Below, piece by piece: positions 11,556 through 23,521 of a stretch of DNA of 64,000 bases. Position 1 is the first letter of the stretch; the number at the start of each line of letters is the position of its first letter. The position numbers were made by a program, and so were the translations under genes. This DNA comes from Candidatus Bathyarchaeota archaeon. GTDB lineage: Archaea; Thermoproteota; Bathyarchaeia; Bathyarchaeales; Bathycorpusculaceae. The notes under the pieces were generated by a model. That model worked only from the letters and a program-made list of their open reading frames with translations. It had not been told where the DNA came from and ran no database searches. Location of the stretch: contig CAVYRC010000013.1 of assembly GCA_963770845.1 (NCBI GenBank), positions 51,628-115,627 on the forward strand. The letters are read 5' to 3'.

Positions 11556-11559
11556 AAAA

Positions 11560-13158
11560 ATGACTCTACCAATTCTTCTATCAGTATTCGCAATACCCAC
11601 CATAAGCATCCCATTCGTTTACTTAACAGGAAAGAAATCGCCCAAGGCAGCAGCAATCTTTGTTGCCTTAATCGCGCTAATCAACATAGGCTTGGTTCTG
11701 TCAACTGTGCCTACAATCCTTAACAGTGCTAAACACGTTTACACAGAATCCTACACTTGGATACCCACATTAATCAACACACAATTCTCGCTGTTTTTAG
11801 ATGGCATGAGCGCTTCAGTTGCCCTAATCAGTTTAGTGCTTATCTTTGTGGCAGCAGCTGTTACTCAATTAACTACATGGCTGGAAAAAAGAACCTGCCC
11901 GTCATACTACGCCCTGCTATGCATGCTCTCAGTCGGCTTAGTCGGCGTCTTCCTAACTTCCAACATGATTCTGTTCTACTTCTGCTGGGAACTCATGCTT
12001 GTCCCCGCCTACTTCATAGTCGGAGAATGGGGATACCGCAACAGCTACAAATCTGCGTTTAAACTCTTCATATTCACCCATGCAGGCGCCGTCTTTGTTC
12101 TCTTGGGCATCGGAGCAATCTACTACTTAACAGGCACCACAGACATGTTTGCTGCGCAAGCACAACTCATGACGGCTGCCCCAGACATCATCAAATGGAT
12201 CCTAATCGCCCTAACCGCTGGATTCGCAGTTAAAATGGCGGTTTTCCCAGTCCATATGTGGTTACCTGACGCTCACTCAGAAGCACCCGCACCAATGTCC
12301 GCACTACTTCAGCGGAGTCATCATCAGCGCAGGAGCTTACGCAATTCTGCGTTTATCCTTCGGAATTGTTTTCCCAGCGGTCGGAGCGGCTTTCGGAACA
12401 AACTTCCTCTATGCATTATCAATCGTTGGAGTTGTTACAGCGTTCTTCGGCTCATTCCTCGCATTAGTTGCAACTGACATAAAACGTGTCATAGCATACT
12501 CAAGTATCGCCCACATGGGCTACATTATGTTTGGGCTCTCACTGTTCCCAGTAGCTTTAGCCAGCGGCAACCCAGTGTTTCTTGCCTCCGCTTCAGCCAT
12601 CGCCATAGTCGGAACAGTACTGCACATCATCACCCACGCAGCAAGCAAAGGTCTCTTCTTCCTTACCGCAGGCGGAGTCATGCATCAAACCGAAGAACGA
12701 GATATCCGCAAGATGGGCGGCTTAGCAAGCAAGATGCCCTTCACAACAGTTTCAGGAACCATAGCTGCTTTAAGCATCGCAGGAGCACCACCGCTCGCAT
12801 GCTTCATCAGTGAATTCCTGATCTTCATCGGCGCATTCCAAATAATACAACTCGACAACTTCTACATCCTACCCACAGCACTTATGCTGATCGCAACAGT
12901 GTTCTCGTTGGCTTATTCGTTAAGGTTTGTTTCAAAAGTGTTCCTTGGAACATCCAAAGATGAAGCAGGCGCAGAAGAAGCTCACAAAGAAGTCTTCTGA
13001 ACACATAAAGAGAAGAAGCCCACAAAATCGTTGACGTACCAGTCTACATGAAAGTATCCTTGGGAATCTTGGTGGTTCTGGTTGTACTCATCGGAATTTA
13101 CCCGACGTTCTTTATGAATCTAATTCAGACAGTGACATTTGGAGGCGACGGTGAAACG
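11560..13158 (+). CDS. NuoM-like antiporter subunit (frameshifted)
   Basis: FCWELMLVP, KMAVFPVHMWLPDAHSEAPAP, AYSSIAHMGY, FISEF; no stop seen before the nuoN ATG. Confidence 0.88.
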
Positions 13159-14676
13159 ATGGTACAAATCATTGACGTAATATTACCCATATTCACTCTG
13201 GTAATCGCAGCATTACTTACCATCCCAATCTTCAAAATAATTCGAAAACAAAACAACCACAAAACCGCCCTAACCCTGGCATGGTTCTTAGCTGTCTTGC
13301 TCATCGCAGGCATAACCGTAGCCAACCTTGCATTATCTTATTACAGCACAGCTAACCCACCGCCATTAAACTTGACATTAGACGGCAGCACCTCAACGGC
13401 AGTCACAAGCTCCTTCCTGATTGACGCCGTATCGATCTACATGGCAATAATCATCGTAGCCGTAAGCGCAGTAGTCATAGTATACACCGTGTTCTTCATT
13501 AACTCAAACGAGCGCCCATCAGACCGATACTTCGCCATAATGCTCATACTCACCGCAGCATTATTCGGCGCAGTTCTCTCAGGCGACCTCTTAACATTCT
13601 TCATCTTCTGGGAAGCCGCAACAGCAGCCGCAGCGTTCCTTATGATGTACCGCAAAAACGCATTCAGCCTCAACGCCACCCTAAAGTTCCTCGTCATGGT
13701 CATCATCGCTTCAGCATTCGTGCTATTTGGACTCTCAATCATTTACGGCATAACAGGCAGCCTAAACTACATCGCGGTCCGAGAGGCTTAACTGGGACCG
13801 TTGCGGCAGACCAAAACCTGCTCATCATCGCCTTCGTCTTCATAGCCGCAGGCTACGCAATTGAAGCAGCAATCGTACCCTTCCACTTCTGGCTACCAGA
13901 CGCATACACAGCAGCACCAGCTCCATCAGCAGCTTTCCTCTCAGCACTCGTTGACCAAGGCAGCTACTACATCGTAATCAGAATACTGCTCTACATCATC
14001 ATTCCAACTGGTCCAAACCAAGTGTTAGACTGGACATTCATGTTAGCCATCCTGGCAGCCTTAACCATGATAGTCGGCAACATCTTTGCCCTAATCCAAA
14101 ACGACGTAAAACGCCTCATCGCATACATCTGCGTCGCAGACGTCGGCTACAACCTCGTCGCCATCACCAGCGTAAACTCGCTTGGGTTGGCAGGTAACCT
14201 GTACTTCTTCCTAATCGGCGGCTTAACCACAGCCTTAGCATTCATGGCAATCGGCATCATAAACAGCTATGGCATACAAAACGCTTAGCGACTTCGCTGG
14301 ATTAGGCAAGAAAGTGCCTTGGTCAGCTTAGCCCTAGTAATGGCAGGCTTATCTTTTGCTGGTGTACCACCACTTGGCGGATTCATCGGCAAATACTTCG
14401 TGTTCACCGCAGCACTCGCAAGCAGACTTAGCATGGCTAGCTGTCATCGGTGTCTTAACAAGCGTACTACAAACCGCATACATCTTCCGCCTCATGAACG
14501 TCATGTACTCAAAGAAACCCAAAGACGAAACCGCCATCAAAGAAAACAAACACATCCTCATCCCCGTCTTCATCCTCGTCGCTGCGATCTTCATCTTAGG
14601 CTTGTTCCCCGACATCGTCTTGCAACTAATACAGCCAGCCGCACAACAACTATCTGCACTAATTCCCTCTCTCTAA
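13159..14676 (+). CDS. NuoN-like antiporter subunit (frameshifted)
   Basis: FIFWE, PFHFWLPDAY..AP, NDVKRLIAY, SFAGVPPLGGFIGK. Confidence 0.88.
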
Positions 14677-15010
14677 AACTAACCTACTATGAACAAACTA
14701 AGAATTGGGCTCTATTTGCCCAACTTATTTTTGTTTTTTCAGTTTATTATCCAATAGCGACAAAATATTTAGTTTCCTTTGTCCTTGTTTTGAAAGAAGA
14801 AAAACTTGCAAAACAGCATTTTCTTCTTCTCGGCTGTTTAATAGAATTAGCTTTTGTTGGTCGTAGGATTTTAATGTCTGTCTGGTTGTTGATAGAACCT
14901 TTTTTTCCATGTTGTTTGTTGTTGATTGGCAAGAGGTTGTTCAACGAGTCTTAGTTAGTGTTGATTTAAGTTAACCAAGGTCTAAAAAATGGGTGAATTG
15001 ACCTGCTCTG

Positions 15011-16256
15011 CTATTTTCGGATTTGTCCATCACCCAAAACAACGTATTTTGTTGTGGTTAGGTGCTGGACACTCATGGGTCCTCGTGCATGCAGTTTTTG
15101 GGTGCTGATGCCGATTTCTGCGCCAAGCCCAAATTGGTTGCCGTCGGTGAAGCGTGTGGATGCGTTCCAGTAGACTGCGGCTGAATCGACTTCTTTTATG
15201 AATTGCATGGCTTTGCCAAAGTCTGCTGTGAGGATGCTGTCAGAGTGGTGGGTGCCGTACTTGTTGATGTGAGCTATGGCTTCGTCTAAGCCTTTGACGA
15301 CTTTGACGCCCATGATTAAGTCAAGGTATTCGGTGTACCAATCCTGCTTCAGTTGCGGCTTTAACGTCGGGGACGATTTTGCGGGTTTCTTCGTCGCCTC
15401 GGACTTCAACGCCATTCTTGCGCAACTCAGCAATTACCACTGGCAGGTATTGTTTGGCGATTTTGCTGTGAACAAGTAGTTTCTCTGCGGCGTTGCAGAC
15501 TCCGGGACGCTGGCATTTAGCGTTAATTACGATGGGTGTTGCTTTTTCTAAGTCAGCGTCTTCTTCAACGTAGATGTGGCAGTTGCCCGTTCCTGTTTCG
15601 ATAACAGGAATCCGTGACTTCTCAACCACTGTTTTGATTAAATCTGCGCCGCCTCGGGGAACCAAGAACATCAATGTATTCTCGCATACCCATCAGTTCT
15701 TCGGCGACTTTGCGGTCAGGTGAATTTACGACTTGAATCGCGTCAACGGGTACATTTGTTGCTGCTAAGTGCTTCGCGGAGCACTTCGCCGATGGCAACG
15801 TTTGAGTTTAATGCGTCTGAGCCGCCTCGTAGAATGACTGCGTTGCCTGATTTGATGCAGATGCCTGCTGAATCGGAGGTGACGTTGGGGCGGGATTCAT
15901 AGATTACGCCGACTACGCCCATGGGGACGCGGACTTGGCTGATTATCAAGCCGTTAGGGCGTGTCCATGTGCTTAGAATAGTGCCAATGGGGTCAGGCAG
16001 AGCGGAGACTTCCCTGAGTTCCTTTGCCATGGTTTGAATTTTCTTTTGGTCCAATGCTAAACGGTCAAGCAGTGCGGCTTTGACGCCTTTAGCTTTGGCT
16101 GCTTCAACATCGACTTTGTTTGCAGCCAAAATCTTCTCTGTGTTAGCTTCCAAAGCGTTTGCCATCTTTGCAGAGCGCAGTGTTTTTGGCGTCCGCTGAA
16201 AGTTTGCCCATTTCAAATGCGGCAGCTTTGGCTTTTTGGCAGATTTCCTGTATCAT
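15011..16256 (-). CDS. proA: gamma-glutamyl phosphate reductase (frameshifted)
   Basis: [56 protein letters not shown]. Confidence 0.95.
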
Positions 16257-17385
16257 TTTTTCTTCCTCAATTAGGTGTATGTTTCGGTGCTCGATAACCT
16301 CTTTAGGTTTATCGGCGCCGAGTTTTTTGTGTACTTCTGTTACTTGTAAGCCTTTAATTAGGTTTAACTGGCTGCTGTTGAAGTTGGGGTTGCCCGTGCG
16401 AATTCCACTTGGTTTTCATCTTCTAGGCTAACTACGTCGCCTTCGTTGAAGATGCCGACAACCTTGGTTACGCCCACTGGCAGATAGGCTGGAGCCTTCC
16501 AGAATCGCTTTTTTTGCGCCTTCGTTAACGTGAATTGTGCCTTTAACTGCTGCGCCATAAGCTATCCAGCGTTTTACCGCGGGCATGCGGCTTTGAGGTT
16601 TAAAGTATGTGCCAACATCTTTGCCCGCAAGAATGTCAACGATGACGTTTTCTCTTCGGCTGTTAGCTATGACGACAGGGATGCCGCAGGATGTGGCGAT
16701 TTCGGCAGCTTTGATTTTGCTTTGGATTCCACCTCTGCCCAAGTTTGCTTTTACCGTTCAGAGTAGCTTTTGAGTTCAGCGGTGATTGCAGTCAACGGTT
16801 TTTATGAGTTCTGCTCCAGGCTGCGAAGGGTCAGCTGTGTACAATCCCTCAACATCAGAGAGGATAATTACTAAATCAGCGCATACTGCTCCTGCAACGA
16901 GCACTGAGAGGATGTCGTTGTCGCTGAAGTTTACTTTGTAGCCTTCTGTCCGCATCAGTTCGTCAACGGAAACTACGTCGTTTTCGTTTATTATCGGAAC
17001 CACGCCGATCTTGAGAAGCAAACCTAAAACGTCGCAGGTGTGCACGTACGATGCTCTGTTGGAGAGGTCCTCTGCAGTTAGCAGTATCTGTGCAACTTTT
17101 AAGCCGAATTTTTTGAAGAGTTCACGATACATTGCCATCAAGAACGCTTTGCCCAGTTGCGGCGGCTGCCTGCTGAAAAGCCACATCTTTGGGTTTGGGG
17201 GGAATTTCAAGTTCAGCTATCCCTGCTGCAACGGCACCTGAGGTCACAAGAACCATTTTGTCGCCTTGCTTGGTTGCGGCTGCTATTTGACTTGCTAGGT
17301 TCTGCATTTCTTGTTGGTCAAGTTTTCCATCGCTGGTTGTTATGCCGCTTGTGCCGACTTTAACCACAATTAATCTTTTAGGCAT
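16257..17385 (-). CDS. proB: glutamate 5-kinase with PUA domain (frameshifted)
   Basis: VVKVGTS, VTSGAVAAG, IINENDVV, FSDND, GRGGIQSKIKAA, C-terminal PUA. Confidence 0.95.
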
Positions 17386-17561
17386 CGTTTTATCCCTTTA
17401 ATGTATACAGACTTATTTGAAATAGGTTTGACTTGCTTAAAAATGCAACCAAAGCTGAGATTGAAAATTCGTTTTTGTTGACTTAAAATCTATATTTCAC
17501 ATTTATTTTGCCTAGATTTTTTTAGAAAAATATATAAGGAAAATGGGCATCCGTGTCAAAC

Positions 17562-19791
17562 ATGTTCATTCCCTTACAAGCATTAGCATCATTATCGATT
17601 AATCCCAGTTGTCTTTTGGATTGCACCCATTGCAGGCATAATCGCAGTTGTTGCTTCGCTTTTACTCATGTACAGAATCGGTAAAATGAGTCCTGGCGGA
17701 CCAAAAACAGTTGAAGTCGGCAACGCAATCAGGGAAGGCGCCTATGCTTTCCTAAAAAGACAATACAAAACAATCGCTATAATTACAGTAGTTATTTTTG
17801 TTCTACTGTGGATTGCCTTACCCCTTAAAGGTACACCTTATGGGATAGGTACTGCAGCAGCTTTCTTGGTCGGCGCAGTTGCCTCCTTGGCTGCAGGCTA
17901 CATCGCTATGGATAACGCAACCAAAGCCAACGTGCGCACGGTAGCGGCGGCAAAAGACTTTGGTGCAGAAAAAGCGTTAAAAACCGCGTTTTACGGCGGC
18001 GCCACCATGGGCATGGCGGTCGTCGGTTTATCCCTTTTGGGTGTAAGTTTTCTCTTCTTGCTCTACGGCGGCTACACTGCTATGTTCAACACATTGGATG
18101 TTTCCGAAGCTGCCAATCTTGGAAGAACCGCAGCAAGCGGAATCGTCGGTATGGGTTTTGGTGCCTCATTAATTGCTTTGTTTGCCCAGCTTGGCGGTGG
18201 AATTTACACTAAAGCTGCAGATGTCGGCGCAGACCTTGTCGGAAAAGTTGAAGCAGGCATCCCTGAAGATGACCCACGCAACCCAGCAGTCATCGCTGAC
18301 AACGTCGGCGACAACGTTGGTGACTCAGCAGGAAGAGGTGCAGACCTATTCGAATCAGCCACTGGGGAAAACATCGGTGGCATGATTATCGGTGGCTTAA
18401 TCAGCATCGCCACAGGAAACCTAATCTTCCTGATTTTCCCGCTGATCGCACGAGCCTTAGGAATCTTTGCTACCTTAGTCGGCATGCCCTTTGTTAAACT
18501 CACTCAAGCAGAAGCCAAACACCCAATGAAAGCACTAAGAAAAGGTCTCATGGTAACAACAATTGTCTCTGGTATCCTGTTTCTGTTCGCTACAATTTTC
18601 CTCTTAGGAAACGGTTCATTCTCGATGACATATCTTTACCTCTACTTCGCCTTACTTTCAGGTTTAGCAGCAAGCGTTGCAATCGACTATATTACTGACT
18701 ATTACACGGGAAGCGAACGAGGTCCAGTTGGAAGAATTGCTAAAGCCAGCGAAACAGGAGCAGCAACGAACATCATCACAGGCTTCGCAGTCGGACTTGA
18801 AACAACAATGCTGCCAATAGTCTCACTGGTAATAGCACTCATAGTATCATACTTCCTTGGAACCCAATTTGCAGACTCATGGAACGCCACTCACGCAGCA
18901 TCACAATATATTGCGCCTCTAATCGGAGGAATCTACGGAACCACTTTAGCAACTATGGGTATGCTCGCAGTGATGGGCATGGTCTTAGCTTTAGATGGCT
19001 TTGGCCCAATCGCTGACAACGCCGCAGGCATTGCAGAAATGTCCGGCGAAGGCGGCGCAGAAGAAACCATGGAAGCCTTAGACGCAGTCGGAAACACAAC
19101 TAAAGCACTAACCAAAGGCTTTGCACTCGGGTCAGCACTACTTGCGGCACAACTGCTATTCCAAACTTACGCTTCAGAGGTTTCTGCAACTTCAGCATAC
19201 GCTGGAAAAGCATTCGTCGTAGACATCTCTAACCCGGCAGTCCTCATCGCAGGATTCATCGGAGCAATGCTACCGTTCTTCTTCAGCTCACAAGCCATCA
19301 GCGCAGTAGGAAAAGCAGCAGCAGAAATGGTCGCAGAAGTCAGACGACAATTCAAAGAAATCCCTGGCATCATGGAAGGAACCGGTAAACCTGACTACGG
19401 AAAAGCAGTAGACATCAGCACAAAATCAGCCCTCAAAGGCATGGTACTTCCAGGATTAATCATCGTAGTCGTTCCAATCATTATCGGTGTCCTACTTGGC
19501 CCAGAAGCAGTCGGCGCACTCGTAATCGGCGCAACACTTTCAGCAGTTCCACTAGCACTATTCATGAACACAGGCGGAGGAGCATGGGACAATGCAAAGA
19601 AATTCATCGAATCAGGCCACTATGGCGGCAAAGGCAGTCCAGCACATGCAGCAGCAGTAGTCGGCGACACAGTCGGAGACCCACTAAAAGACACAGCAGG
19701 ACCAAGCCTACACGTACTCATAAAACTGCTCAGCACGCTCTCAATCGTCTTCATCCCGCTGTTCCTAAACCTATTGCAACTGATCCACTAA
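17562..19791 (+). CDS. hppA: membrane-bound H+-translocating pyrophosphatase, K+-independent type
   Basis: DVGADLVGKVE, DNVGDNVGD, GNTTKA (Lys variant), GDTVGDPLKD; ATG at 17562 is out of frame with ORF 17668, implying an N-terminal indel. Confidence 0.95.
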
Positions 19792-19923
19792 GACAGCAAA
19801 ATCTGGGAAGTTTTTTCTTCCCCAAAAATTTTTTATATTTTTTTTGAGTTATTTCTTCAGCTTTTTCCGCAGTATATTTTTACTTCGCCACATATTCACC
19901 TATGCAAACTGAAGTGCGTCTGC

Positions 19924-21015
19924 TTGAAGATTATCGAAAAAAATCTACCGCAAGGCTTCGTTAAAGTGGTTCCAGATTCGCCAGATGACCTTTGGCACCT
20001 CTACAACGTCATCTACAATGGCGATGAGGTTTATGCTTACAGTAGTCGAGCCATAAAAAGCGACACCGAAACCTCGCGTCCCAAGAGCGCTGAACGGGTT
20101 TCCGCGTTTATGGGGGTTAAGGTTGAGTCGGTTGGTTGGGACAAATTCCTAGGGAAGTTGCGGGTTCACGGCTTAATTTGCCATGCACCAGATATCATTC
20201 CAACAGGCGCTCACCATACACTCAGCATTGCGCTCAATCAACCCATGACGATTGTAAAGAAGGAATGGCCAAAACATCTCCTTGATAGACTTACAAGGGC
20301 AAGCGAAACCGAGAAGCCCATTCTTATAATCTCCATCGATGATGAGGGCTTTGCGGTAGCTGAAACCAAGCAATATGGAGTGGAAACCCGCGTTGACCAA
20401 CGCATGAGACTGCCTGGTAAACAGGATGCCGATAAACGGGTTGAAGCTACAAAAGCATACTTTAAACTCGCATTAACCAGCTTAAACAATCTGTGGAGCA
20501 AGAACCATAATCCCATCGTTATCATCGGTGCAGGCTACGTTAAAAATGACTTTGTAAAATACCTAAATGAAGAATCAAAGGAAATGTCCAAAGCGGTTGT
20601 GGATGTTAAGAGTGTTAATAATGGGGGCACAGCAGGAATCGATGAAGCATTACGTTCAGGCGTTTTATTGAAAGCAGCGCATCAGCTTCGGGTTGTTGAC
20701 GAAACCGAGACAATGGAAGAAGTTATGAAGCGCTTGGGTAAGGGTGAAGGAACAGTCACTTATGGTCTGGATTCGGTAGGGAACGCGGTGATGATGGGTG
20801 CAGTTGAGAAGCTAGTGGTAGCTGACACGAAGCTGAGGGATGCAGATGAGCAGATGCGCCTCAAAATAGAGGACTTAATGCATCAGGTTGAAAAGCGCAA
20901 TGCATCCATAACGGTGGTCAGCACAGAGCATGAAGCAGGCGCAAAACTCCTGTCGCTTGGCGGAATCGTAGCATTGCTAAGGTTCCCAATATACAGGGAT
21001 ACAGCCACGGCTTAG
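19924..21015 (+). CDS. pelA: mRNA surveillance / ribosome rescue factor pelota
   Basis: DDLWHLYNVI..GD, PGK, HEAGAKLLSLGGIVALLRF. Confidence 0.95.
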   Translation: MKIIEKNLPQGFVKVVPDSPDDLWHLYNVIYNGDEVYAYSSRAIKSDTETSRPKSAERVSAFMGVKVESVGWDKFLGKLRVHGLICHAPDIIPTGAHHTLSIALNQPMTIVKKEWPKHLLDRLTRASETEKPILIISIDDEGFAVAETKQYGVETRVDQRMRLPGKQDADKRVEATKAYFKLALTSLNNLWSKNHNPIVIIGAGYVKNDFVKYLNEESKEMSKAVVDVKSVNNGGTAGIDEALRSGVLLKAAHQLRVVDETETMEEVMKRLGKGEGTVTYGLDSVGNAVMMGAVEKLVVADTKLRDADEQMRLKIEDLMHQVEKRNASITVVSTEHEAGAKLLSLGGIVALLRFPIYRDTATA

Positions 21016-21117
21016 TCAAATTGAATAATCAATTTTCTAAAATTTTGTATTCGTTATCTATTTTGAGTAAACTTTACAAGACAATGAGTTTGTAAATGAT
21101 AATTAAGAGGTTATGGC

Positions 21118-21822
21118 TTGAAAACGGTTATGGCAGTAGCGCTCGTTGTTGTAGCAGTCTTGGTGACTTCAGCTGTTTGGTATTTTATGATTAATAACGA
21201 GCTGTTTACTGAACGCAACACGAATCCAACCCCAAGCCCAACACCAACTTTTCATCCAACAACACCTTCACCAACGCACACACCAACTTCGACCCCGAGA
21301 CCTTCTCAAGCGCCGGTATCGGGCACAACTAAGCCTTCTACTCCGGAGTTCGCTTTACAGTTCGCAGATCACTCATATGACGTGCCCCCAACTTACAAGA
21401 CAGATCCATATACAGGAAAGACTGTGGTGGACAGTTCGGGTTACCATGTAGATAACCGTACAATCGATGTTATAATTACAAATCAACCATTCACATCGGG
21501 CTCACAGAATGGTAATGATACTGTACTGTACTATTACATTCGTCATAAGGGACATTTTGAAGATTGGACGGAGGACTCAAGCATTAACTATCCAGGCACT
21601 ATTCAAGTATCTAATACTGGTTCCACAATAGTGAGTTTTTCTCTGCAATATTGGAATATTCCTGTAGACGGTCAAGTTGATTTTCAAGTTAGGGCAGTGA
21701 TAGGATACTCCTACAGCCATGAACCCTTATACTGCGGTGATTCATCAAATTCCTTTGTCATGGTGGGGCAAAGCGAATGGAGCAGCACACGAACAATAAC
21801 TTTGGGCACCCCCACTCCATAG
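21118..21822 (+). CDS. membrane-anchored/secreted protein with Pro/Thr linker
   Basis: N-terminal hydrophobic segment, (PT)n linker, beta-rich domain (SYDVP..DPYTG..NQPF). Confidence 0.75.
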   Translation: MKTVMAVALVVVAVLVTSAVWYFMINNELFTERNTNPTPSPTPTFHPTTPSPTHTPTSTPRPSQAPVSGTTKPSTPEFALQFADHSYDVPPTYKTDPYTGKTVVDSSGYHVDNRTIDVIITNQPFTSGSQNGNDTVLYYYIRHKGHFEDWTEDSSINYPGTIQVSNTGSTIVSFSLQYWNIPVDGQVDFQVRAVIGYSYSHEPLYCGDSSNSFVMVGQSEWSSTRTITLGTPTP

Positions 21823-21953
21823 TCTTCTTTATAGTTGTATACATATTTTTACAGGAGAAAACAAGGCATGAAAACTTGAATTAAGAGTTAAACAAATCAA
21901 AAGCTTAGGATCTAAAAAAAGTGGAGACTAAAGAAGGGCTTATGAACGATGGC

Positions 21954-22163
21954 TTATTTTTCTCTTTGCACAACAAAAGCAATTTTGACAACCGCTCTGT
22001 ATTCAACGATTTTGTTGTTTTCCACTTTTGCCTTGCAACTTTTCAGGTAAATAGATTTAATGTTCTTGATTGTCAATGCTGCTTCTGCCAACGCGTTCTT
22101 TGTCGCATCTTCCCAGTCTTTTGGTGAGCTGCCTATTAGCTCTATGATTTTTACAACTGCCAT
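21954..22163 (-). CDS. dodecin family protein
   Basis: KIIELIGSSPKDWEDA..NA...EYR..VKIAF. Confidence 0.9.
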   Translation of the reverse strand: MAVVKIIELIGSSPKDWEDATKNALAEAALTIKNIKSIYLKSCKAKVENNKIVEYRAVVKIAFVVQREK

Positions 22164-22267
22164 TTCTTAAACTCTCCAATATATTATATGTGTAACTATC
22201 TATTATTTTTTGCATTGATTGCATAAAGTTTTTAAGAAGTTCAATTCATAGTTATTGTGGTGATATT

Positions 22268-22453
22268 GTGTCTGAACCAGTTTTTGAGTGGTATAAAGAT
22301 AAAGCAGGAAAATACCGTTTTAGGTTGAAAGCAGCTAACGGAGAAATAATAGCAGTCAGTGAAGGATATGCTTCAAAAGAGGGCTGTGTAGGCGGCATTG
22401 AATCTGTTAAGAAGAACGCTCCAATAGCCAAAATAGTGGAAGCAAAAGAGTAA
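22268..22453 (+). CDS. YegP/DUF1508 (HVO_2922-like) small protein
   Basis: FEWYKDKAGKYRFRLKAANGEIIAVSEGY. Confidence 0.9.
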   Translation: MSEPVFEWYKDKAGKYRFRLKAANGEIIAVSEGYASKEGCVGGIESVKKNAPIAKIVEAKE

Positions 22454-22874
22454 AAGCAGGATGCCAAAGACGCCGCAGAATCAAAAAAGACTGCTGAAAA
22501 GGCAAACTTTGAGAGCGACATTTTTCTTAATGTCTCCTTTTTTTATTTTTCAATTTCTTTCTCGAGTTTGAGAATAAGAGAGGACAAATTACTACCAAAG
22601 TGAGAGAGAGTAGTAATAGTCGTAATATGGTGAGTTCGAGAGAGAGAAAGATAAGGAGCTATAGATTTTTCTGAGGAATTATTCGGAAGCAATTACTTGT
22701 TTGGGACTCGAAAGCTTGAAAAATTCAAAAAATTTTCTTTCGATGATAGTTGATTTTGATTTCAAGGATTACGAATGAATGGGTTTAAGCTTTTTATATC
22801 ATTTTTGATGCCTTTATAAATAGATGCTTTATATACTCCTATTCTAATTTAAATACTCTTGACCGTGAGTTGAC

Positions 22875-23438
22875 ATGAGTAAAAGAAAACCAATCATTAA
22901 CATCCAAAACATTGTGGCCTCAGTCTCACTTAACCAAAAAATTGACCTACAAAAAATCGTTGAAAAATTCCCACAAACAGAATACAACCCCAGCGTTTTC
23001 CCAGGTCTAGTCTTCCGTCTAAAAAAACCAAAAACAGCCACCTTAATCTTCGGCACAGGCAAAATGGTGTGCACAGGTGCTAAATCCGAAAAGGAATCAC
23101 GTAGTGCAGTAGAAAAAGTCGTCAAGGAACTCCGCGGTGAAGGCATCCAAATTACAGAAAAACCTGTCGTAATGATCCAAAACATCGTAGCTTCGGCAGA
23201 ACTTGGCGGAGAAATCGACCTTGAAAGCCTAGTTTACAAGCTCAGCAAAGTCATGTATGAACCCGAACAGTTCCCAGGTGCAGTCTACCGCATGGATGAA
23301 CCCAAAGTTGTGTTCCTAATCTTCAGCGCTGGAAAACTCGTTTGTGTCGGAGCCAAAAAAGAAGAGCAAGTCTACGAAGCAGTCGATAAAATCCAGCAGC
23401 TACTCGAAGAAAAAGAACTCATCTACTACCCCTCTTAA
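22875..23438 (+). CDS. tbp: TATA-box binding protein
   Basis: Two repeats NIVAS...YNPSVFPGL / YEPEQFPGA, LIFGTGKMVCTGAKS. Confidence 0.97.
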   Translation: MSKRKPIINIQNIVASVSLNQKIDLQKIVEKFPQTEYNPSVFPGLVFRLKKPKTATLIFGTGKMVCTGAKSEKESRSAVEKVVKELRGEGIQITEKPVVMIQNIVASAELGGEIDLESLVYKLSKVMYEPEQFPGAVYRMDEPKVVFLIFSAGKLVCVGAKKEEQVYEAVDKIQQLLEEKELIYYPS

Positions 23439-23464
23439 ACCTCTTTTTTGACTCAACCAATAAA

Positions 23465-23481
23465 GCAGACTCATAGTCTGC
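23465..23481. terminator. hairpin between convergent tbp and nucleotidyltransferase genes
   Basis: GCAGACT-cat-AGTCTGC perfect 7-bp stem with nearby T tracts. Confidence 0.4.
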
Positions 23482-23521
23482 CCTTGTTTTTTCAAAACAT
23501 TTTGTTTCAACTAAAGTAGAC

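Noticed and set aside
4934-17385. Calling the fragmented nuo/pro genes pseudogenes or programmed frameshifts
   Set aside because: Motifs are intact and breaks share no slippery motif; sequencing indels are the simpler explanation.
22600-22650. Two GAGAGAGAG tracts upstream of tbp
   Set aside because: Low-complexity, only two copies, no spacer periodicity.
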